DNA of 64,000 nt from NCBI GenBank assembly GCA_963791045.1, contig CAWBQK010000015.1, positions 128,001 through 192,000 of the forward strand, in the 5' to 3' direction. The position numbers and the translations under genes are program-made. This document shows positions 50,788 through 58,540 of the stretch, one piece after another (the first letter of the stretch is position 1; each line of letters begins with the position of its first letter). Origin of the DNA: Candidatus Latescibacterota bacterium. GTDB taxonomy: Bacteria > Krumholzibacteriota > Krumholzibacteriia > WVZY01. The notes under the pieces were generated by a model. The model saw only the letters and a program-made list of their open reading frames with translations. It was not told where the DNA came from and searched no databases.

Positions 50788-51804
50788 TCAACCGCCATCA
50801 TCCGCGTCATCGAAATTGGACGATTCGGGCTCGATCCCGTAACGCTTGATCTTTTTCAACAGCCCCTGTCTCGAGAGTCCCAATTCTCTCGCCGATTTCG
50901 ATTTATTCCAGTTGTTCTTCGCCAGCATCTTTCTGACGAGGTTTTCTTCGAGATACCCGACCGCCCGTGGGAGCGGCGACTCGCAGAGAAGACCGACATC
51001 GAACGTTCCGGCGGCACACTTGCGGGCAACCCGGTCGGAAAGCATTTCGGCCATCACCACTGCGGAGCGCGGATACAGGACGGATATCCGTTCGATTTCA
51101 TTATCGAGTTCCCGAATGTTGCCCGGCCACCGGTAACGCGACAAACACTCCACCGCGTCGGGGTCAAGGCGACGCGCGGGAATTCCGCGCAGCGCAAAGA
51201 AATGATCGATGAGCTCGGGGATGTCCGCCATCCGTTCGCGGAGCGACGGCACTCGGATCGAAAGAACGTTGAGGCGATAGAAGAGGTCGAGGCGGAAAGT
51301 CCCGTCGTCGATTCTTTTTTCGATGTCGGCATTTGTCGCCGATACAACACGGACATCGACGTACCGGGTCGTCGCGGTGCCCATTCGCCGCACTTCCCTG
51401 TCCTGGAGAACTCGCAGAAGTTTCGCCTGGATCGATCCAGGAACTTCACCGATCTCGTCGAGAAAGAGCGTTCCGCCATTCGCCTGTTCGAACAAACCGG
51501 CATGCGCGGCGATCGCGCCGGTGAACGCGCCCTTGCCATGGCCGAACAACTCGCTCTCGAGAATACCCGTCGCCAACGCGGCGCAGTTTACGGCGACAAA
51601 CGGGCGGTCGAACCGTTCACTCAAGCCGTGAAGGTTGCGCGCGATAAGTTCTTTGCCCGTGCCGCTCTCGCCCGTTATCAAAATGTTCGACCTGGCGTCG
51701 GCGAATCTCAAAACGGATCCACGAAGACGCGCCGCGGCGTCGGACGAGCCGATAATAGGTGGATCGAATCTTGTGCGTTGGTTTCGCAATGTTGGCAGGT
51801 TCAC
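50788..51804 (-). CDS. Sigma54-dependent activator (AAA+ and Fis HTH) with no N-terminal sensory domain
   Basis: GESGTGKE, ESELFGH.KGAFTGA, FLDEIG, WPGNIREL, C-terminal HTH. An in-frame stop lies about 66 nt upstream of the GTG. Confidence 0.92.
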   Translation of the reverse strand: MNLPTLRNQRTRFDPPIIGSSDAAARLRGSVLRFADARSNILITGESGTGKELIARNLHGLSERFDRPFVAVNCAALATGILESELFGHGKGAFTGAIAAHAGLFEQANGGTLFLDEIGEVPGSIQAKLLRVLQDREVRRMGTATTRYVDVRVVSATNADIEKRIDDGTFRLDLFYRLNVLSIRVPSLRERMADIPELIDHFFALRGIPARRLDPDAVECLSRYRWPGNIRELDNEIERISVLYPRSAVVMAEMLSDRVARKCAAGTFDVGLLCESPLPRAVGYLEENLVRKMLAKNNWNKSKSARELGLSRQGLLKKIKRYGIEPESSNFDDADDGG

Positions 51805-51820
51805 CGCAAGTTCGATGCCA
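51805..51820 (-). promoter_or_regulatory. Sigma54 -24/-12 box abutting the activator start
   Basis: TGGCATCGAACTTGCG (GG-N10-GC); palindrome GTGTAA-N10-TTACAC at 51852-51873 upstream. Confidence 0.6.
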
Positions 51821-51988
51821 CCAGGCTGGGACGGAACCCTCCTCGCACTTCGTGTAATGACAACAAGTTACACAACACACTTCAACCGGAGACAACGGGC
51901 CCAATCGGCGTATCGGAGAGGATGCCGCCGCGCCGATGGTGTGACGGCGCGCGTCGGAACACGATAGGAATGTCGGGTTGGAGATGGC

Positions 51989-52012
51989 GCGTTGTCGAGA
52001 TTTCGACAACGC
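51989..52012 (-). terminator. Hairpin right after the lipoprotein stop codon
   Basis: Perfect 10-bp stem GCGTTGTCGA-GATT-TCGACAACGC; no U-tract. Confidence 0.4.
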
Positions 52013-52633
52013 CTATTTGATTTCGAGTGCGCCGCCCGGCGCGACGATGATTCCATATTGTGAAATCATCACGGTGGGTTTTCCGTCATTTTGTTGGTTT
52101 CCGTGATGGGACTCGCCGACCACCCAGACCTTCGCGCCCGAGTAGCTCGAAAAGAGATCTTTGAAATCTCCCTCTATAACGTAGACCTTGCCGTCTTCGC
52201 CGCGGATGACCACCACATCGTTGCCAGAGAGCTCGACGATCCCGATGATCGGGCGTTCCCCCGTCGGGAGACGAAGAAGCTGGTACGATTGGACCGACAA
52301 GGCGGGAGCGTCACCTTTGACCTGAGGGAGAACGGTCGCGTTGACACCGACATTCATGTCTTCCAGCCGTTTGAGTTCCTGGGAGAGCGGAGACGAATCG
52401 ATCATGTAAAACGTGTCGTCTTCGGATTCGAGCAAAAGAAGTTCAAACGGGGTGCTTCCACGGAGCGAGATCTTGCCTTCGACATACACGGACTCCCCCG
52501 GCGTAGATCCGTCACCATTGCGGCTCTTCGCGCCGCCACACCCGCATATGCCGAGCACGGCGAGAGAACACAAGACACATCCGGCAAAAGCCAGCCAGCT
52601 CCGCAGTTGTTTTTGATTCCAAAGGACAGACAC
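52013..52633 (-). CDS. Putative lipoprotein with two small OB-fold-like repeats
   Basis: Hydrophobic N-terminus ending in ICGC; two similar G....L..EDG..Y.I....V.V.G units. Confidence 0.7.
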   Translation of the reverse strand: MSVLWNQKQLRSWLAFAGCVLCSLAVLGICGCGGAKSRNGDGSTPGESVYVEGKISLRGSTPFELLLLESEDDTFYMIDSSPLSQELKRLEDMNVGVNATVLPQVKGDAPALSVQSYQLLRLPTGERPIIGIVELSGNDVVVIRGEDGKVYVIEGDFKDLFSSYSGAKVWVVGESHHGNQQNDGKPTVMISQYGIIVAPGGALEIK

Positions 52634-52643
52634 GCGCGTACCC

Positions 52644-54458
52644 CTATTCGGTTCTTACCACGACACAACGTACCACGGCGCTCGATGAACTCGACACACC
52701 GAATTTGAGCGACGCGGATTGGGTTCCGGATACCAGGTAGAATTTTCCGGTCGCACTCCTGACGGCGCCCGAAAATCCACCCGCGGAGGCGGACCGGTTG
52801 TCCAGATCGAGGGCGCCAAAGGTATCCTGAAAATCGAACGATGTAAAATTGTACCTCGGATTCGACGTGATTCCGCGATTACTCAGATACAGTGTGGCCA
52901 GATAGTCCGCCATCGATGCGTGGAATTCCATATCGGTCACGTCGGCGATCGACGCCTCGCCGAGCAATGGGCTCTGGACGATTGTCTTGTAAATGTCTTC
53001 CCCAAATTGATCGCCGAGATAACGAAGATAGAGAAAAATCCCGCCGCGCTGCTCGAGCGTATCGTGCGCATACGGCCGCAGCTCGGCGTTTCCGAGAAGA
53101 GAGGTCGCGTACGGCGTCTTAAGATACAAATTAGCGCGGAGGATGTTCTGCGCGTCCATTTCGTTCAAGTCCTCCGCCATGTGGGCCATACCCTCTTCGA
53201 GCCATGTTTGCTGGAGGAAACGCCAATCGGTTCCCCCTCCCAGAACGACAAAGCGGTACCCATTGCTTATCATGTGCTCGAATTCGTGGGCCAACGTGCC
53301 GGGAACAACACTCTCGACCACCGTCTTAGGAAAAGTATTCCCCGTCTCGCCATTCGGATCGGGGACCATTGAATAAAATACTTCTCCGCCATTTGTCGTT
53401 CCCGCTGGGAACACGTTGGGCGCGATGTCGTTAAAAAGGACGAATCCCGAGATAAACCCGCCCGTCTGGGCGGTTCCATCGGGCGTCAACTCATTGACAC
53501 GCGGTGTGAAGAGAATAACGATCTTGCCATTGTTGTCGATATCCGTCGGCGAACCGAAGAACTCCGTGTTGGTCGCATAGATCGAATTGTCAAAATTGGC
53601 GCCGAAGGCATCGTAATCCGCCTGCGTAAAACCGCCCGTGGGCTGATTGACATCGCTGTAAATCAGCGCATGAGCCCCGTCGTAGCGAAGATCGGCTGTA
53701 ACGGTCGCAAAGCTGCTGGGGGATTGTATGCTGCACCCCGTGCAGCTCAGCACCCAAAAATTCCGCGACGCCGGTGCGGCGGTATCGGCTGAAGAGGGCG
53801 CCTCGCGGGCGGGCTCACGCTCACGCGGCTCATGAGTCTTGAGATACTCAATCGCCTCTTCGCGCGCAGCCGTCGTGAAATCAAAGGCGAAGTCCCGCGT
53901 CCCGGCCATGCCCGCCATGACGGCCTCGTCCTGCGCGGCAGCGGGCGGGAGATTGTTGGGTGTCACTTCGTAACCATAAGACACACCGGTCGACGTCGCA
54001 GAATGAGGGATGATGAGATACCTTTCGGAACCGGTCTCGACCGGAACGGTGAAATCATAACCGCTGCCTCCCCCAACGACCCACACGTCGCCCACACCAC
54101 GCCCTTCAACAAGCACATTGATCTTGTTGCTCGCCACACCCTTCGACGTGACATACAAACCGCCGGTGTTGGCGTTCGCCGACACAATAACGGCAAGCGA
54201 ATCCGGCGCCGCAAAGAACGGAACCGAAGCCGCCTCAGAATTGTTGAACACCACCCGGTTGCTCGACGCCGGCGAAGCGAATTTGGCTCCTGTGAGGGTG
54301 AGCGTATCACCCGGCGAAATTGTCGAGTCGCTCAAAGCGGTCAGAACGGGAATGACCACCGGCACATCGGCCGGGGTGTCATCATCCGAGCTGCACGAGG
54401 ACAAAAGAACCGCTCCAATAAGTAACAGTATCCAGAACTTGCTTGTGATGTGGTTCAT
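52644..54458 (-). CDS. Lipoprotein zinc metallopeptidase (IPT/TIG domain plus M30-like domain)
   Basis: LSSC lipobox; PGDTLTLTG..F..N.V.F (TIG); DIDNNGKI.IL, TLAHEFEHMI, WLEEGMA. Confidence 0.82.
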   Translation of the reverse strand: MNHITSKFWILLLIGAVLLSSCSSDDDTPADVPVVIPVLTALSDSTISPGDTLTLTGAKFASPASSNRVVFNNSEAASVPFFAAPDSLAVIVSANANTGGLYVTSKGVASNKINVLVEGRGVGDVWVVGGGSGYDFTVPVETGSERYLIIPHSATSTGVSYGYEVTPNNLPPAAAQDEAVMAGMAGTRDFAFDFTTAAREEAIEYLKTHEPREREPAREAPSSADTAAPASRNFWVLSCTGCSIQSPSSFATVTADLRYDGAHALIYSDVNQPTGGFTQADYDAFGANFDNSIYATNTEFFGSPTDIDNNGKIVILFTPRVNELTPDGTAQTGGFISGFVLFNDIAPNVFPAGTTNGGEVFYSMVPDPNGETGNTFPKTVVESVVPGTLAHEFEHMISNGYRFVVLGGGTDWRFLQQTWLEEGMAHMAEDLNEMDAQNILRANLYLKTPYATSLLGNAELRPYAHDTLEQRGGIFLYLRYLGDQFGEDIYKTIVQSPLLGEASIADVTDMEFHASMADYLATLYLSNRGITSNPRYNFTSFDFQDTFGALDLDNRSASAGGFSGAVRSATGKFYLVSGTQSASLKFGVSSSSSAVVRCVVVRTE

Positions 54459-54661
54459 GATTCTCTCAAAGGTAGAGTTGTGTCTTGTTATGACCAGTTC
54501 GTGCTTGCACCCCTAATCCTACAGAATCTAACGAATACCCGAAACGCGTGCAAGAAGTATCCCCCGACCCACCGCTTGTGTAACCCGGAGTTTACAGTCG
54601 GCACACCTTCCACAACCGCCTTGATTTACGCATACGGACGCGATCAAACCGCCGCCGCATG

Positions 54662-54677
54662 GGGCACGGGACTTGCA
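54662..54677 (+). promoter_or_regulatory. Sigma54 -24/-12 promoter candidate for the downstream activator gene
   Basis: GGGCACGGGACTTGCA (GG-N10-GC), about 100 nt upstream of ATG 54779. Confidence 0.55.
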
Positions 54678-54778
54678 CGATGGGAACAGCCTGTCCAGCC
54701 GCGTGCGCGCATGCGGAATGATAAGGAAAAATAAGGTCACAGTGGTTTCTTTCAACCCCAGAAGGTTTCGAGGGCATA

Positions 54779-56194
54779 ATGGAATTTGCAATCCACATCA
54801 TTGAGCAAAGCAACTACGACGCCCAGAATGTCATCGACCTGACAAAAAAACTCGCCTTTCCCACGCGGATTGTCGAACCGGCCGATATCGACAAGGGACG
54901 GACGGCCATAGATGTCGTCATTCTCGGCTTGTCGTCCGAGCTCGACGTGTCGGACGCGCGCGTGCGCCTGTCGCGGATCAAATCGATCTGCCCGAGCGCC
55001 CAGGTGGTTCTGTGCACGCCGGCGGAAACCGAGTCCCTCGATTCGACGATTATGAGCCTCGGCGCGCGGGCGTTTCTTCTGAAGCCGCTCGAGGAGGACA
55101 CGTTCGTCTCGCTGATCAATAAGATGCTCTCCCAAATACAAAAGAGGAGACAGCGCGAGAAATACCTCAAGGACTCAAAGAAGACATCGCACGTCCGCGA
55201 CGTCATCGGCAAGAGCCAGGCGATGAAGGAAGTCCTCGCCCTCGTCGAACGCGTGGCCCAGAGTCCGTCGACATCGGTGCTCCTACTTGGGGAATCGGGA
55301 ACGGGCAAAAGCTTCTTCTCGCAGACTATCCATGAGATGAGCGATCGGGCGAGCGGACCTTTTATCGAAATCAACTGTGCGGCGATGCCGCAGAATCTTA
55401 TTGAAAGCGAGCTATTCGGTTATGAACCCGGCGCGTTTACCGACGCGAAGACACAGAAGGTTGGTCTTATCGAGCTCGCCGACAACGGAACGCTTCTTCT
55501 CGACGAGATCACGGAAACCGACACACAGACCCAGGCCAAACTTTTGAAGTTTCTCGACTCCAAGAAGCTGAGGCGGCTAGGCGGCGACGAGGAAATCGCG
55601 GTCGATGTCCGGATCGTCGCGGCGACCAACCGGAACCTGCGCGAAGAGGTTAAAGAGAAGCGTTTCCGCGAGGATCTCTTCTACCGTTTGAATGTTATTG
55701 AAATCAATATCCCGCCCTTGAGAGAGCGGGCGCAGGATATCGACAAAATCGCGACGTACTATCTCGGTTATTATAAGAAGAAGTTCAAGAAACCGTACCT
55801 GCAGATGGCGCCTGACGTGCAGGCGATGCTACGCGAGTATCCGTGGCCGGGGAACGTCCGCGAGCTTATTAATGTGATCGAACGCGCGGTGCTTCTTTGT
55901 AAGGACGCGAAGATTCGCAAGGTCGATCTGCCGATCGAGAAGAAACCGGACCCGCACGTGATCTCGTTCTCACAGGAATACGACGATCTGGTGGTAACGA
56001 TACCACCGGGCGGCGTGAATCTGGATGTGATCGAGAGAAAGGTTATCGAGGCGACGCTGGTCCAGACGAAGGGGAATGTGTTGAAAGCGTCAAAGCTCCT
56101 CGGGATGAGCCGCGGCGCGCTTCGTTATAAGCTGGCGAAACACAAGATCGACCCGCAGAACCTGGTACGGAAGCAGTTGGTCAAGACGACTTAA
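54779..56194 (+). CDS. NtrC-family sigma54 activator with a degenerate receiver domain
   Basis: GESGTGKS, ESELFGYEPGAFTDA, LLDEI, WPGNVREL, HTH. Receiver-like N-terminus keeps the KP motif but reads DVVILG. Confidence 0.92.
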   Translation: MEFAIHIIEQSNYDAQNVIDLTKKLAFPTRIVEPADIDKGRTAIDVVILGLSSELDVSDARVRLSRIKSICPSAQVVLCTPAETESLDSTIMSLGARAFLLKPLEEDTFVSLINKMLSQIQKRRQREKYLKDSKKTSHVRDVIGKSQAMKEVLALVERVAQSPSTSVLLLGESGTGKSFFSQTIHEMSDRASGPFIEINCAAMPQNLIESELFGYEPGAFTDAKTQKVGLIELADNGTLLLDEITETDTQTQAKLLKFLDSKKLRRLGGDEEIAVDVRIVAATNRNLREEVKEKRFREDLFYRLNVIEINIPPLRERAQDIDKIATYYLGYYKKKFKKPYLQMAPDVQAMLREYPWPGNVRELINVIERAVLLCKDAKIRKVDLPIEKKPDPHVISFSQEYDDLVVTIPPGGVNLDVIERKVIEATLVQTKGNVLKASKLLGMSRGALRYKLAKHKIDPQNLVRKQLVKTT

Positions 56195-56226
56195 TCGCAC
56201 CAGCCTCCTCACTTGACGACCCGCCG

Positions 56227-56374
56227 CGGCTGCATCCGGAGTAATACACGCGATCTATCTGGGGCCCGCACTTCGCTTCGCTCGGGTCCTGTCGCCGAAT
56301 GCCGGCACGGCTGTGTCCGAGGCAACACCTGCGATCTGCCTTGGGCTCGCACTTCGCTTCGCTCGGGTCCTGTC
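56227..56374. repeat. Two-copy tandem repeat (period 81 bp) with a REP-like hairpin core
   Basis: CGCACTTCGCTTCGCTCGGGTCCTGTC ends at 56293 and at 56374; the upstream CGGCTG..TCCG..GCGATCT is also repeated. It lies between convergent genes. Confidence 0.85.
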
Positions 56375-56397
56375 ATCAATACTCAATAATCCGGAGA

Positions 56398-57063
56398 TCA
56401 GTCGGAATAGAGAGCCTTCATTTTGCCCCACGTCGTGTCCTGAGTAAGCGTTGTGGCGGCGCTCAGTCCATACAGCAGATTTCCCATATCATCGTTCCAG
56501 GAGACGATCCGCCACGAACCACCCTCCCCATCCGGCCGGCGAACGGTCACCAACGCCTGGAGATTGTCTCCGACGTACGTAAAATAGCCGGCTTCGAGCG
56601 TCAACCTGTATCGGAAGACTTTCGAGTACCAGGTCTCACCGGGGTACTCTTGAGGATCGGGGTCAAGTTCCTGCCATGAGTCTTCGCCCTCGGTGTAAGT
56701 GAGAGTCAAATTGATCGAACTCACCGCAGATTGTCCCGGCTTGACAAATTCCGGGTCGAACATGTTCCCGACCGCGGCCATCTCGGCCGGGCGGTCCCAC
56801 TCCGATATCATCACGTCACCATTCTTGACATCCGCGTTGGAAAAATGAAATACGAACACGTCATCAAGAAGTTCGTCGTAGCGGACAAGATTCCGTTCAT
56901 TCCATGCTTTCGACAAGTTAAAGAGAACATTGTCACGCACGGTGAGCGCCCGGTAGGCATCAGGGTCGGGTATTACAATGTTGTCGTCCGAATCGTCACT
57001 GCACGAAAAGATGAACGGGAGGACGAAGAGCAACACCATCGGGATAAGCAAACGTTTCGACAT
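56398..57063 (-). CDS. Lipoprotein, NTF2-like domain with C-terminal TTWGKMKALY tail
   Basis: ATG 57063 with a GAGGAG RBS; IFSC lipobox; Y.ELL...F.F.F and WRIVSW.D. Confidence 0.8.
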   Translation of the reverse strand: MSKRLLIPMVLLFVLPFIFSCSDDSDDNIVIPDPDAYRALTVRDNVLFNLSKAWNERNLVRYDELLDDVFVFHFSNADVKNGDVMISEWDRPAEMAAVGNMFDPEFVKPGQSAVSSINLTLTYTEGEDSWQELDPDPQEYPGETWYSKVFRYRLTLEAGYFTYVGDNLQALVTVRRPDGEGGSWRIVSWNDDMGNLLYGLSAATTLTQDTTWGKMKALYSD

Positions 57064-57419
57064 GACGGGACTCCTCGGTAAGGGGCGGAGTGGGATTCGG
57101 GATATAATTATATCATACTCGGCATCGCTCGACACGACGCGGCACGGTGCGCCCGCACAACCCGGACCGGAAGCCCAAATCCACAAGGTGGCCGGTGTCG
57201 GCCACAAGGGCGATAACTAATTTCATTATAGAAAATTACGCGCGCGGCGACGGATCGGCCCCGTGTTTATGTCAACGATTCACACCCAATTTCGAGGCGC
57301 GATGAAGATCCACAGCTCAACCCAACGCCCGAACAATGCCCACATAACTGATTACAAAAATGCATGTTACGCAATTGGCCTGACGTGCCGATCGCGCAAA
57401 AACGGTCACCCAGAACGCG

Positions 57420-57435
57420 TGGCACTTCGCTTGCC
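57420..57435 (+). promoter_or_regulatory. Sigma54 -24/-12 promoter of the Cys-rich lipoprotein
   Basis: TGGCACTTCGCTTGCC, near consensus, about 60 nt upstream of ATG 57494. An AT-rich IHF-like tract lies at about 57345-57370. Confidence 0.75.
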
Positions 57436-57493
57436 TTAGCATAGGGTGAGAGCGTTGGATTTCGTACAGTGATCGAAAGGATCGGCAAATAAG

Positions 57494-57892
57494 ATGTCCC
57501 GACCAAACTCAATAAAACTCCTCGCCCTGCCGGCCATCGTGGTTGTCGGCCTCATGGCAGGCTGTACGTTCTCCGATACTGTTACCGGTCCCGATTTCAC
57601 CGATCAGACATTGGCCGAGAATCTCGTCGCCGGAGGTTGCCCCGATTGGGGTGAAGTGTGCGACACGGTCGGGTGGGCCGTCTGGTCCGAGTGTCCCTTA
57701 GATGGGGACTGGAAAAACAAGGGACAGCTTGTGTCCTGCAAGAAAAAAGCTATGAAGCAGTACCTCAAGGAATACAAGGACTGCTTTACGGAAGATGAAT
57801 TGGAAGCACTGAAAGAGTGCATCTTGTGGTGGGCTCCCACGGAGTCGCCGGAGCCTGGAGGTGATACCAAGACCAAGATAACGTCGGAATAG
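57494..57892 (+). CDS. Small Cys-rich lipoprotein
   Basis: MAGC lipobox; six further Cys; WKNKGQLVSC motif; own promoter and terminator. Confidence 0.8.
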   Translation: MSRPNSIKLLALPAIVVVGLMAGCTFSDTVTGPDFTDQTLAENLVAGGCPDWGEVCDTVGWAVWSECPLDGDWKNKGQLVSCKKKAMKQYLKEYKDCFTEDELEALKECILWWAPTESPEPGGDTKTKITSE

Positions 57893-57911
57893 CTGTATAT
57901 GGACCACCAAT

Positions 57912-57960
57912 TGAAAGGCCGTCAGGATTGGAATCAAAACCAGCCCCGACGGCCTTTTCA
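57912..57960. terminator. Probable bidirectional intrinsic terminator
   Basis: AAAGGCCGTC...GACGGCCTTTT stem between convergent genes. Confidence 0.7.
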
Positions 57961-57976
57961 AATTATGTGCGCCGCG

Positions 57977-58540
57977 TCAACGCATCCGTTCCTCGATGAG
58001 CGCCGCCATCGCTTCGCCTTCGATCGTACCCTGTTCGAGTAACTCCTTTGCCACACCACCGACCGTCTCCCTCACGTCACCGCGCGTCAGAAATCGCCCG
58101 ACATCCCCCCGCACACTTTCGTAATACGCACGCTTCCCGTTTTTCGGAGCGGGGATCGCGTTCAAGAGCATCTTCGCCTGCCGGAGCCTTTCCATGTGCA
58201 GCGGTCCCCTCGGACCGTTCGGCATAAACATTCTTTGAGCGAGCGGACCGGAGAGAAGAATCGCGGCCAGGCGTTCGGCAAGAGCGGACGACTCCGCCGA
58301 TCGAACCCATTCGAAATCCACATTACGGATGGCATCGTTCCACACATTGTTCCCCGCATCCACTCCCCTGGTGAAAATCGAAACCGGCATCAACATCACG
58401 CCACGGTCCCACGCGCAGACTGCATGGCCGGCTTCGCGGAACGCCGCGGAAAAATGAAAGTCCAATCGTTTCGGTTTTCTTGGCGTCAACCCGACTCTCC
58501 CAACAAGCTCCGAATCCCCAGGATCAAAGATCGAACGCAA
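57977..58540 (-). CDS. Peptidase M41-like small protein with a degenerate zinc motif
   Basis: AFREAGHAV (compare AYHEAGHA), LSGPLAQ, and the C-terminal VAKELLEQGTIEG pattern of FtsH-protease-like domains. Confidence 0.7.
   Translation of the reverse strand: MRSIFDPGDSELVGRVGLTPRKPKRLDFHFSAAFREAGHAVCAWDRGVMLMPVSIFTRGVDAGNNVWNDAIRNVDFEWVRSAESSALAERLAAILLSGPLAQRMFMPNGPRGPLHMERLRQAKMLLNAIPAPKNGKRAYYESVRGDVGRFLTRGDVRETVGGVAKELLEQGTIEGEAMAALIEERMR

Noticed and set aside
54548-54566. Sigma54 box for the M30-like lipoprotein (minus strand GGGATACTTCTTGC)
   Set aside because: It has GG-N10-GC spacing but lacks the TGGCA -24 context, so it is too weak to call.
56227-56374. Possible mini-CRISPR array
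   Set aside because: Only two units, the intervening sequences resemble each other, and there are no cas genes in the window.
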